Assembly (NCBI GenBank): GCA_036259475.1
Contig: DATABS010000071.1
Location: 3,913 to 67,912 of the forward strand
DNA: 64,000 bases
Source: Acidimicrobiia bacterium
Lineage (GTDB): Bacteria; Actinomycetota; Acidimicrobiia; Spongiisociales; ZC4RG35
Reading direction: 5' to 3'
The notes below the pieces were generated by a model. That model saw only the letters and a list, made by a program, of their open reading frames with translations, was not told where the DNA came from and did no database searches. Both the position numbers and the translations under genes were made by a program. Shown piece by piece: positions 1 through 8,262 of this stretch (the first letter of the stretch is position 1; each line of letters starts with the position of its first letter).

Positions 1-397
1 TAACGTCACCCACGATCAGGTGGAAGCCATAGTCGATGGCGCAATTGCCGGCGGCTTTCTGTTGCCAGGCTTCGAACCCCTCCATCAAGCCCTGACCTTT
101 GGTCTGGACCGCGAAGTCAACGACTGTCGTGGTGCCGCCCCAGGCGGCCGCCCGGGTTCCCGTTTCGAAGGTGTCGGAGGCGAATGTGCCTCCGAACGGC
201 AACTCCATGTGGGTGTGGACGTCGAGTCCCCCGGGAATGACGTACTTGCCCGATGCGTCCACCGTGTCATCCGCCGCCCAGTCGTGGCTGCCCGGTGCGG
301 CCAACGCCACCACCTTCTCGTCTTCGATCAGGACGTCGGCGGCCACCTGGTCGGTGGCGGTGACGACCGTTCCGTTTTCGATGATGGTGCGTGCCAT
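1..397 (-). CDS. dihydropyrimidinase / D-hydantoinase (partial; 3' end lies outside the window)
   Basis: Minus-strand translation from the ATG at 397 gives MARTIIENGTVVTATDQVAADVLIEDEKVV...GKYVIPGGLDVHTHMELPFGGTFASDTFETGTRAAAWGGTTTVVDF...AIDYGFH, a typical cyclic-amidohydrolase N-terminus. An AGGAGG RBS sits about 9 nt upstream. It is absent from the ORF track because it runs off the window edge. Confidence 0.6.
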   Translation of the reverse strand, partial: MARTIIENGTVVTATDQVAADVLIEDEKVVALAAPGSHDWAADDTVDASGKYVIPGGLDVHTHMELPFGGTFASDTFETGTRAAAWGGTTTVVDFAVQTKGQGLMEGFEAWQQKAAGNCAIDYGFHLIVGDV

Positions 398-403
398 TGG
401 CTG

Positions 404-1696
404 TCAGCCTCCTGTCGCTTGCTTGAACGCCGAGTCGAGAATTCCGAGGCCCTCGGCAACCTCGTCGGCCGTGACGGTGAGCGGGGGGGCTATGCGGAGC
501 GTGTTGCCGTACAAGCCGCCTTTGCCGATGAGGAGGCGCCCGACCTTGGCCGCCTCCATCACCCTGGCCGCCAGGGCAGGGTCGGGCTCACCGTCATTAG
601 TTCCCAACTCTACGCCCACCATGAGCCCCTTGCCCCGGACGTCGATGATCTCCGAAGTCTCCCCCGCGATCGAGTCGAGGCCCTCCCGCAGCTGTCCGCC
701 CATCTTGAACGCATTGGACTGCAGGTCGTGCTCCAGGAGGTAGTTCAAATTGGCGAGCGCTCCCGCCGTCGAGAGGGGGTTGCCTCCGAAGGTGGAGATG
801 GAGTTGGCCGAGAGGCAGTCCATCACTTCGCCCCTTGCCACGACGCCGGCAATCGCCAGGCCGTTCCCCAGGCCCTTGGCGAAGGTGAGGATGTCGGGAG
901 TCATTCCGTGGGACTGGTAGCCCCAGAAATGCTCGCCGGTCCTGCCCCACCCCGTCTGCACCTCGTCGCTGATGAAGAGGATGTCGTGGCGGTCGAGGAC
1001 CTCCTTCATGGACCCGAAGAAGCCATCGGGAGGGGTGGCGAAGCCTCCGACGCCCTGGATAGGCTCGGCGATCATCGCGGCGACGTCCCCGGCGGTCGCC
1101 ACATCCATGAGATTCTCCAGGTCGGCAACGCAGGCGGCGGTGAACTCGTCGTCGGGCAGATGTCCGAACGGCGAACGCAGCTTGTAACCGGAATGGACGT
1201 ACGTGACGTCGAATGGAGAGAGGGATGTCGCCGACCAAGACCGTTGGCCGGTGATGGCTACGGTCGAATGCGATTTTCCGTGATAGCTGCCCCGCAGGGC
1301 GAGGATCTGATTGGAGCGCCGATACTGGGTGGCGAGCATCAGGGCGGCGTCGTTGGCTTCGGTACCGGAATTGGTGAAGAACACTTTGGCATCGGCGATG
1401 CCCGAAAGCTCGGCGATCTTCTCGGCCAGCTCTATCTGGGGCTCGATCAGGTACAACGTCGAGGTGTGAACCATCTTTTCGGCCTGGGCCCGGACCGCCG
1501 CCACGATCTCGGGCACGTTGTAGCCCGTCATGGTGGTGAGGATCCCTCCGAAGAAGTCGAGGTAGGTGACGCCTTCAGCGTCGGTGACGCGCCGTCCTTC
1601 CCCATCCACCAGTGAGATCGGATCCTCGTAGTACAGAGCCAGCCACGACGGCATCACCTGCCGATGTCGGGAGAGAAGCTCCGAATGAACGTTCAT
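404..1696 (-). CDS. class III (omega/beta-alanine-type) PLP-dependent aminotransferase
   Basis: The 434-aa ORF has the aspartate-aminotransferase-superfamily class III pattern (ISDEVQTGWGRTG, TFAKGLGNGL). The likely ATG start is at 1696 (MNVHSELL...); a GTG at 1708 is the alternative. Confidence 0.85.
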   Translation of the reverse strand: MNVHSELLSRHRQVMPSWLALYYEDPISLVDGEGRRVTDAEGVTYLDFFGGILTTMTGYNVPEIVAAVRAQAEKMVHTSTLYLIEPQIELAEKIAELSGIADAKVFFTNSGTEANDAALMLATQYRRSNQILALRGSYHGKSHSTVAITGQRSWSATSLSPFDVTYVHSGYKLRSPFGHLPDDEFTAACVADLENLMDVATAGDVAAMIAEPIQGVGGFATPPDGFFGSMKEVLDRHDILFISDEVQTGWGRTGEHFWGYQSHGMTPDILTFAKGLGNGLAIAGVVARGEVMDCLSANSISTFGGNPLSTAGALANLNYLLEHDLQSNAFKMGGQLREGLDSIAGETSEIIDVRGKGLMVGVELGTNDGEPDPALAARVMEAAKVGRLLIGKGGLYGNTLRIAPPLTVTADEVAEGLGILDSAFKQATGG

Positions 1697-1701
1697 CTTG
1701 T

Positions 1702-1862
1702 CCCCCACGAAGTGGGGGAAGGTTCCTGCGAGTGTTGCGCTAGCAACGCTCGGAGGTAGGGGGGAAACCTTGGCGAACCCGAGGACGAGGTGAAAGACGG
1801 GTTCGGCTCCCCCCTACCCCACTTCGTGGGGGCCCCTTCCCCCACTCCTACGTCGTGGGGGA
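1702..1862 (-). promoter_or_regulatory. cluster of three hairpins with identical 7-bp stems (CCCCCAC/GTGGGGG) in the amidase-aminotransferase spacer
   Basis: The three elements are cccccacGAAgtggggg (1702-1718), ccccacTTCgtggggg (about 1822-1840) and cccccacTCCTACGTCgtggggg (1838-1860). The first overlaps the GGGGGA Shine-Dalgarno and the start codon of the aminotransferase. Confidence 0.5.
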
Positions 1863-1874
1863 CAAAAATGCCAT

Positions 1875-2717
1875 TCACGGGGCCACCAAGGGCTGGTAGG
1901 CATCCGGGCGGCGATCGCGATAGAACGCCCATGTCTTGCGCACTTCATCGATCATGTCGAGGTCGAGGTCCCGAACCACGAGTTCCTCGTCGGTATCCGA
2001 CGCCGACTCTCCGACGACCTGGCCGCGGGGATCAACGAAGTAGGAGGATCCGTAGAAGTCGTTGTCGCCGTAGGGCTCCTTGCCGATCCGATTGATCGCC
2101 CCGATGAAGTACTCGTTGGCAACCGCCGAAGCCGGCTGTTCGAGGTTCCACAGGTACATCGACAAGCCTCGGCTGGTAGCCGAGGGGTTGAACACGATCT
2201 TCGCTCCGGCCAGGCCGAGCGCTCGCCAGCCTTCAGGGAAGTGGCGGTCGTAGCAGATGTACACGCCGATCCTGCCGACCTTGGTGTCGAAGATGGGGTA
2301 GCCGAGATTGCCGGGCCGGAAGTAGAACTTCTCCCAGAATCCGCTCACGTGGGGAATGTGGGTCTTGCGGTACTTGCCGAGGTACTGGCCGTCGGCATCG
2401 ATGACGGCGGCAGTGTTGTAGTAGAACCCCTCGTCGGCCTTCTCGAACATCGGGACGACCAGCACCATCTCGGTGTCCTTCGCCAGTTGGATCATCCTCT
2501 GCATCGTCGGCCCGTCGGGGATCGGTTCAGCCGAGTCGAAATGCTCGTTCTCCTGCACCTGGCAGAAGTAGGGCGTGTTGAAGATTTCCTGGAAGCACAT
2601 GACCCGGGCCCCGTCGGCGGCGGCCTGCTCGGCGTATTTGATGTGCTTGTCGACCATCGACTCGGAGTCGCCGGTCCATTCGGTCTGGAGAATGGCCGCT
2701 CTCACGATGTTGGACAT
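1875..2717 (-). CDS. carbon-nitrogen hydrolase (beta-ureidopropionase / N-carbamoyl-amino-acid amidohydrolase-like)
   Basis: MSNIVRAAILQTEW...MCFQEIFNTPYFC...VYICYDRHFPEGWR is nitrilase-superfamily signature content. The ATG at 2717 is preceded by a GGAGAGGAG RBS; the longer ORF start at 2825 is unlikely. Confidence 0.8.
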   Translation of the reverse strand: MSNIVRAAILQTEWTGDSESMVDKHIKYAEQAAADGARVMCFQEIFNTPYFCQVQENEHFDSAEPIPDGPTMQRMIQLAKDTEMVLVVPMFEKADEGFYYNTAAVIDADGQYLGKYRKTHIPHVSGFWEKFYFRPGNLGYPIFDTKVGRIGVYICYDRHFPEGWRALGLAGAKIVFNPSATSRGLSMYLWNLEQPASAVANEYFIGAINRIGKEPYGDNDFYGSSYFVDPRGQVVGESASDTDEELVVRDLDLDMIDEVRKTWAFYRDRRPDAYQPLVAP

Positions 2718-2737
2718 GTCGTCTCTCCTCTCCTGTG

Positions 2738-2765
2738 GGCGGGGGACGGAGTTCCGTCCCCCGCC
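2738..2765 (-). other. perfect 12-bp GC-rich stem-loop (GGCGGGGGACGG-agtt-CCGTCCCCCGCC) between the substrate-binding-protein stop and the amidase RBS
   Basis: Read directly from the sequence. No U-tract follows on the mRNA strand, so it is more likely an intra-operon processing/stability or attenuation element than an intrinsic terminator. Confidence 0.5.
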
Positions 2766-2778
2766 TTGGTCACAAGTT

Positions 2779-3951
2779 CTACTCCCCTCCTGGGTTGAGC
2801 TGAACTTCGATCCGCTCCCAGTCATTGCCGTGGACGTCCAGACCCTTCTCTTCGAGGGCGGCGACGGCGGACTCGGCGAGGTCGGACCGGTATACGTCTT
2901 CGCCGATCTCCACGCCTTGGAGATCAGGGATCTGTGTTGTGGCGATCTCCACGGTCTGGTTCCACAGCTCTTCGTTCATGACACCGATTCCGTTGCTGGC
3001 GGGCCAGATGAGCGCATTGATCTCGTTCATCATCCACGTCTGGTGGCTGAGGCCCAGGGTAGAGCCGGCGTCGAGCACAGACTGAACGCAGGAGTCGGGG
3101 TTGTCACGGCAATAGATCCACCCCTCGAAGCTCGCCTCCAGGAACCGCTCCGCAATGTCCTCGTTGTCGGCGATCCACTCGGCGTTGACCCACAGTGCGT
3201 CCTGCAGCATGGCCGTGCCCACCTCATTGAAGTCGATGACGCTGAGGTCCTCCGGTTGGTACAGCTCGCCCGTGTCGGGGTTCTCTGCCTCGAGGACCTG
3301 GGCGTACTCGTTGTAGGTCATGGCCTCGGCCGAGTCGATCTCCCGATTGAGCAATGCCGCCATCGTGAAGTCCTGTGCCACCAGTTCGACGTTCTGAACA
3401 TCGAACTTCTCGATCGCCGCCAGCAGCTCGTATTCGTTGCCGAATCCCCAGTTGCCGACGACCTTGCCTTCCCAGTCCTCGGGAGCTGTGATCCCGGAAT
3501 CGGCCCAGCTCACCATGAGGGTGCCCGATCGCTCGAACATCTGGGCGACGTTGATGATGTCGGCGCCGGCCTGGCGGGATACCAATGCCTTCGGCACCCA
3601 GGCGATTCCGAACTCGGCGCCTCCCGAGGCGAGGACCTGCTGAGGGACGATATCGACGCCGCCCTCGAGGATCTCCACGTTGAGGCACCGGTCGTCGTAG
3701 TAACCCCGGTCGATGGCGGCGTAGTAGCCGGCGAACTGAGCCTGGGCGAACCACTGCAATTGGAGGCGAACGTCGTCGGGTGTCTCACACGCCTCGGCCG
3801 ATCCGGTGTCGGTCGCGGCTGTGTCGGTGACGGTGTCATCGGTCGTCGTGTCTTCCGTGCCGGCTACGTCGGCGTCATCGCCGCAGGCGGCGAGGGCCAA
3901 CGCCAAAATCGCCACCAGGGCGATCAGTCGGCGGTACATGGATGTCATCAT
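2779..3951 (-). CDS. ABC transporter substrate-binding lipoprotein, NMT1/THI5-like (NitT/TauT family)
   Basis: There is a lipobox signal (LALALAACGDD) and an NMT1-like body. The start ATGATG at about 3951 follows an AGGAGGA RBS; the upstream part of the listed ORF is unlikely to be translated. Confidence 0.8.
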   Translation of the reverse strand: MMTSMYRRLIALVAILALALAACGDDADVAGTEDTTTDDTVTDTAATDTGSAEACETPDDVRLQLQWFAQAQFAGYYAAIDRGYYDDRCLNVEILEGGVDIVPQQVLASGGAEFGIAWVPKALVSRQAGADIINVAQMFERSGTLMVSWADSGITAPEDWEGKVVGNWGFGNEYELLAAIEKFDVQNVELVAQDFTMAALLNREIDSAEAMTYNEYAQVLEAENPDTGELYQPEDLSVIDFNEVGTAMLQDALWVNAEWIADNEDIAERFLEASFEGWIYCRDNPDSCVQSVLDAGSTLGLSHQTWMMNEINALIWPASNGIGVMNEELWNQTVEIATTQIPDLQGVEIGEDVYRSDLAESAVAALEEKGLDVHGNDWERIEVQLNPGGE

Positions 3952-3992
3952 TTCCTCCTGGGTTGTCGTTTTCCTCGGTAGTCCGTGTCGCG

Positions 3993-4760
3993 TCACTCCG
4001 CGGCTCGTATCGAGACGTGCCACGGCATGACGAGCCGTTCAGCGGCGAGAACTATCGAATACATGCTTATCCCGAGCACCGCGGAGACGAGGATCGCCGC
4101 CCATGCGTCGGGGAACTGGAAGAGCTGAGCCCGGTTGGTTATGTATTGGCCGAGGACGTCCTGGGGACCGCCGAAGTACTCGGCGATGATCGCCCCGATC
4201 AACGACAGCGGCACTGCCACCTTCATCGCCGAGAAGAAGTACGGCAAGGACGTCGGGATCCTCAGGCGGCGTAGAATTTCGTACGGTGAGGCGGCCATCG
4301 CCCGCATCAGCTCGAGACGGGCAGGGTCCGCCTCGACCAGCCCCCGGGTCGTATTCGCCATGACGGGAAAGAACACCATCAGTGCTACCACGGCCATTTT
4401 CGATACCGGGCTGGTGAGGCCGAAGAGCTGGTTGAAGATCGGGGCGGTCGCCACGATGGGCATTGCGTTCACCGCCGCCGCGAATGGCATGGCCCCGAGC
4501 CGAAGGGTCGTCCAGCGGGCTACCGCGGCCGCGACGAGTATTCCCAGAATCGTGCCCACCACCAGACCCCCCACGGCTTCGATGAGAGTGCGGAATCCGT
4601 AGCTCCAGATGTCGGCGAAGTTTGTGACGAATGAGGTCCAGATCGCCGACGGGGCGGGGAGGATGAACGCCTCGATGTCGAACAGCCGGACGAGGGCCTC
4701 CCACAGCGCCACGCCGCCAACGAACGCGAGCACCGGCGCGGTGAGCCGGCCGGCCCTCAC
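3993..4760 (-). CDS. ABC transporter permease (NitT/TauT family, SsuC/TauC-like)
   Basis: It is a hydrophobic 255-aa protein with the EAA-like motif region (AMAASPYEILRRLRIPTSLPYF) and a 4-nt overlap with the ATPase gene. Confidence 0.85.
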   Translation of the reverse strand: MRAGRLTAPVLAFVGGVALWEALVRLFDIEAFILPAPSAIWTSFVTNFADIWSYGFRTLIEAVGGLVVGTILGILVAAAVARWTTLRLGAMPFAAAVNAMPIVATAPIFNQLFGLTSPVSKMAVVALMVFFPVMANTTRGLVEADPARLELMRAMAASPYEILRRLRIPTSLPYFFSAMKVAVPLSLIGAIIAEYFGGPQDVLGQYITNRAQLFQFPDAWAAILVSAVLGISMYSIVLAAERLVMPWHVSIRAAE

Positions 4761-5533
4761 GAGAGCTTCTCTCCTTGACGGAGCGCCTCACGCACTTCTG
4801 TGAGAAGCTCGAAGAATCTGGGACTCTCTCGTATCTCGAATTGACGGGGTTGAGGCAGGTCGATGTCGATGCGGTGGGTGATGCGCCCGGGTCGCGACGA
4901 CATCACGATCGTCCTGGTGGACAAGAAGACGGCTTCGGGGATGGAATGGGTCACGAACACGACCGTTGTCCCCGTGTCTCTCCAGATCCGCATCAACTCC
5001 TGTTGCATCGACTCACGAGTCATCTCGTCGAGGGCCCCAAACGGCTCATCCATCAGCAGAAGCGGCGGACGCTGTCCAAGGGCACGGGCGATCGCCACCC
5101 GTTGCTGCATGCCGCCTGAGAGCTGCCACGGGTAGTGGTCGACGAAGTCACTCAGACCGACCATCGCCAGCAATTCTTCGGCTCTCGAGCGACGGCCGTG
5201 GGCGTCGACGTCCGCCAGTTCCAAGGGCAACTCGACGTTGCGCAGGACTGTCCGCCACTCCAGAAGGGTGGCGCTCTGGAAGGCGATGCCGTAGTCGCCG
5301 TCGAGGCGCGCCTGGTGAGGGTCCTTGCCGTTGACGATCAGCCGCCCGGCGCTGGGATGGAGCAGTTCGCCTATCAGCCGAAGCAGGGTCGACTTCCCGC
5401 AGCCGGACGGTCCGATGAGAGACACGAACTCGCCCGGTTCGATTTGGAGGTCGATATCGGAGAGGGCCTCGACCGTGCCGGAGCGCCCCGAGAACGTCTT
5501 GCTCAATTTCTGGGCATCGACGATGAAGTCCAT
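4757..5533 (-). CDS. ABC transporter ATP-binding protein (SsuB/TauB-like)
   Basis: Walker A GPSGCGKST, the ABC signature LSGGMQQRVAIARAL and Walker B LLLMDEPFGALD are all present. Confidence 0.92.
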   Translation of the reverse strand: MDFIVDAQKLSKTFSGRSGTVEALSDIDLQIEPGEFVSLIGPSGCGKSTLLRLIGELLHPSAGRLIVNGKDPHQARLDGDYGIAFQSATLLEWRTVLRNVELPLELADVDAHGRRSRAEELLAMVGLSDFVDHYPWQLSGGMQQRVAIARALGQRPPLLLMDEPFGALDEMTRESMQQELMRIWRDTGTTVVFVTHSIPEAVFLSTRTIVMSSRPGRITHRIDIDLPQPRQFEIRESPRFFELLTEVREALRQGEKLS

Positions 5534-6420
5534 CAGAGCTCGGCTCCTCGCACACCCGACGGAAGGGTGAGACGTTCGGCGAGCGATACCACTCCCACGA
5601 AGATCAGGCCGCCGATCGCTGCCATGAATACCGCGGCGTACAGCTTGGACGGGTCGGCGGCGAACACCTGGTTGAACTGGAGCAACGCCCGACCCAGTCC
5701 CTCACCGAAGCCTGCCGGTAGCTCGCCGACTATCGCCCCGACCACTGACGCCGCCGCCGAGATCTTCAATGCAGTGAAGATGTAGGGCAGGGCGGAAGGA
5801 ACCTGGAGCTTCCATAGGCGTTCCCAGGGGGAGGCGGCATAGGAGTGGAACAGTTCGGTGGCGGTGGGCTCGGGCGAACGGAGCCCCCGAACGGTGTTGA
5901 TCGCGACCGGAAAAAAGGTCAGATAGGCGGCGATGATGGATACCGCCATCCAGCCGGGAGCGTCCAGCCGTCGACCCCAGATGACGACCATCGGCGCGAT
6001 GGCGATGATGGGAATCGTCTGGGAGGCCACCACGTAGGGCATGAAGGCTCTTTCGGCCGTCCGGGAGCGGACGAACATCACACCGATGACGAATCCCACC
6101 AGACCTCCGACCAGGAACCCGACAACCGCCTCGCGCAGCGTGTAGAAGGTCGCCACGGCCAGCGCCACGATCAACGGCTCCCCGCCGCGTCGCACCGGTC
6201 CGAACAGGGAAGTGACGACGTCCCAGACATGGGGCATCGAGTTGTTCCCCGGCCGGGGCCGCATTTCAGTCTCGGTGAAAGGCCACACTCCCCCGGTCGC
6301 CCTTCCGAGGAGCTTGTAGCCCTCCCAGAGGACGATCACTGCCACCAGAATGGCGATGAAGGCGAGGACGCGGCGCTGCGGGCGTCGGTCGGCTTGCCGT
6401 GACTCAGTCCCCGCTGTCAT
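5533..6420 (-). CDS. second ABC transporter permease (NitT/TauT family)
   Basis: It has a polytopic membrane profile with an EAA-like region (ELFHSYAASPWERLWKLQVPSALPYIF). The start is probably the ATG at 6420 (MTAGTES...), because the longer ORF to 6663 would overlap priA by about 200 bp. Confidence 0.75.
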   Translation of the reverse strand: MTAGTESRQADRRPQRRVLAFIAILVAVIVLWEGYKLLGRATGGVWPFTETEMRPRPGNNSMPHVWDVVTSLFGPVRRGGEPLIVALAVATFYTLREAVVGFLVGGLVGFVIGVMFVRSRTAERAFMPYVVASQTIPIIAIAPMVVIWGRRLDAPGWMAVSIIAAYLTFFPVAINTVRGLRSPEPTATELFHSYAASPWERLWKLQVPSALPYIFTALKISAAASVVGAIVGELPAGFGEGLGRALLQFNQVFAADPSKLYAAVFMAAIGGLIFVGVVSLAERLTLPSGVRGAEL

Positions 6421-6466
6421 CGGCGGTCGACTATACGCTTTCGGGCGGGGCGTCGCCGCCAAATCA

Positions 6467-8167
6467 TCACAGGTCCAAGGGGTCGACGTCGACACGGACA
6501 GTTGCCCCCTGATCCCTCCAGCGCTGGACCAGAGGCCGCAGCGCCAGCTTGTATCCCCCGAGCGCGGCTCCCTGGACGAGCCAGCGATCGGCACCCTGGG
6601 TCGGTGCTGGTCCCATGATCGACATTCCGTCATCGCCGGTCGCACGCAAATCGCCGTCGACATTGGCAGAGCCGCCTCTCACCTCGATCACCATGATCTC
6701 CGATGCCGGGGGATAACCGAGGGCCCTTCTCTCGGCCATCTCGTGAGTGAGGAACTCCATGGGATCTCCCCGGCGAAGCGCGGTCACCAGGGGCTGATCA
6801 GGAAGAGACGTCTGGAGTATCAGCCGGTTTCCTCGACCCCTTCGCACACGTCCGGCGAGCCGTGCCAGAATGCGGAGGGCCTCTTCGCCCGCCCGAAAAT
6901 GGCTTCCCAGGGCCAGTCCGTCGACGTCGACCGCAATTGCCAGTTCGACCCCCGTAGTGGAGGCGAGATCCCGCTCTGAGCCGACGCCGACCGGAGCCTT
7001 CGAGTTCGTCTCGCCGACTCTGTCGCCGAACAGGCCCTTCAACTCGTGGAGTACCCGGCCGACTCCCGCCCCCAATGGCTCGAACGTGGCACCGCCGCAG
7101 TTGAGGCAGGGGCGGGAGGGTGCGCCGCAGCGGGTGCAGGCTTCGCCCGGTTCCGGCCGGGAACCGCAGTTGGCGCACCGGCGGAGTTCCTTGCATGTGG
7201 CGCACCGGTACGCCGGGGCGTAGCCCCGCCGGTGGCTGAAGACGAAGACTGTGCCGTCCCGCTCGAGCACCCGGGCGATCGCCGTCCGGGCGCGAGCCGA
7301 GACGAGGCCCGACCCGGGCGGCTCCTCGTTGCGGTCGACCACTTCGACCAGGGGCCAGGCTCGGGGACCGGGTCTTACGACCTCCGCTCCCGCTGCCAGT
7401 AATTCGAGGGAGGGCGTCGGACCGACGTACACCTGGGAGAAGCGCTCGAGCCGACCGCGTGTCATCATCAGCCGCCGAACGGCGAGCGTCGGCGTCTGTC
7501 GGTCTTTCATCGCCCGGCGGCTCTCTTCGACGACCACCGCCACCGCCAATCCGGCCACGGGCCAGGTGGCGACGCGAGGAGTGCCGATGACGATGTGCCC
7601 GGGCTGGGAGGCAGCCCTCGACCAGCGTTCGGTGGTCGTGGCGTCATCGACATCGCCAGATATCTCGATGACGTTCTCACCGACCAGACGGCGGGCGTGA
7701 CGGGCCACCATGTCAGCTTCCGAGGCGGTTGCCACCACTATCAGCAGCGACCGGGCGGTCCCGACGATGGGAGTGAGCGCCTCCAGCCACGACACGTCTT
7801 CCCAGGGTGACAGGAGGGCCGTGATGGGCCGTCGCCGCCCCTCCAGCACGGCCTCGGTCAGCTCATCGAGCGGATGCTTGGCAGGTGACGGATTCTGCCC
7901 TGTCGGCGTGTCGCGTCGACTGTGGTGAATTTCAGTCGGTTGGGTGGGGAGATTCGGCGGCGCCGCCCGCTCCAGCATCACCGACACCGGGGCCAGATAG
8001 TGATGGGCGGCCCAGACCAGGGCGTCCCGCAGCTGGGGCCCGAAGACGGGAAGATCGCCCGACACCCCGGTGATCGGCTTCAACCGCTCCGGTGGCCTCT
8101 CTCCCAGTTCGACCACATGTCCGCGTACGCGGCGCCCGCCGAGCGGAACCCGCACGATGCTTCCCAC
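6467..8167 (-). CDS. priA: primosomal protein N' (PriA) homolog with degenerate Walker A/B motifs
   Basis: The PriA-specific Cys-rich zinc-binding region (CATCKELRRCANCGSRPEPGEACTRCGAPSRPCLNCGG) and C-terminal domain are present. The helicase core aligns, but Walker A reads IVGTARSL with no GKT/GKS anywhere, and the DExH position reads VVEES. Confidence 0.8.
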   Translation of the reverse strand: MGSIVRVPLGGRRVRGHVVELGERPPERLKPITGVSGDLPVFGPQLRDALVWAAHHYLAPVSVMLERAAPPNLPTQPTEIHHSRRDTPTGQNPSPAKHPLDELTEAVLEGRRRPITALLSPWEDVSWLEALTPIVGTARSLLIVVATASEADMVARHARRLVGENVIEISGDVDDATTTERWSRAASQPGHIVIGTPRVATWPVAGLAVAVVVEESRRAMKDRQTPTLAVRRLMMTRGRLERFSQVYVGPTPSLELLAAGAEVVRPGPRAWPLVEVVDRNEEPPGSGLVSARARTAIARVLERDGTVFVFSHRRGYAPAYRCATCKELRRCANCGSRPEPGEACTRCGAPSRPCLNCGGATFEPLGAGVGRVLHELKGLFGDRVGETNSKAPVGVGSERDLASTTGVELAIAVDVDGLALGSHFRAGEEALRILARLAGRVRRGRGNRLILQTSLPDQPLVTALRRGDPMEFLTHEMAERRALGYPPASEIMVIEVRGGSANVDGDLRATGDDGMSIMGPAPTQGADRWLVQGAALGGYKLALRPLVQRWRDQGATVRVDVDPLDL

Positions 8168-8262
8168 CTGGAGGCGGGAGAGGTGTGAGTCGGGGATCGA
8201 GTACCAGAATCCGTCGTCGACCGAGAAGGTCGGAACGGCGGGAACTACCCGGGCGGCAGCGG

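Noticed and set aside
20-1615. 531-aa plus-strand ORF, plus similar long Arg/Gly/Pro-rich ORFs (for example 2575-3981, 14389-15366, 21744-23516, 40360-42234, 44369-46270, 8092-8529)
   Set aside because: They lie opposite or out of frame to strongly recognisable genes (aminotransferase, carB, aroB/efp, rel, ruvB/queA). Their composition is the typical high-GC shadow-frame bias (R/G/P/A rich, no motifs). They are treated as non-coding.
1820-1875. The hairpins after the amidase stop read as an intrinsic terminator
   Set aside because: No U-rich tract follows either hairpin on the mRNA strand, and the downstream aminotransferase has no obvious separate promoter. Intra-operon regulatory structure is more likely.
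5533-6663. Permease start at 6663 (the longest ORF)
   Set aside because: It would overlap the priA 3' end by about 200 bp in another frame. The internal ATG at 6420 gives a normal-length permease.
8168-8262. SAM riboswitch upstream of metK
   Set aside because: metK starts only 10 bp after coaBC and has no leader. The 95-bp spacer after metK (before priA) shows no recognisable SAM-riboswitch structure by eye.
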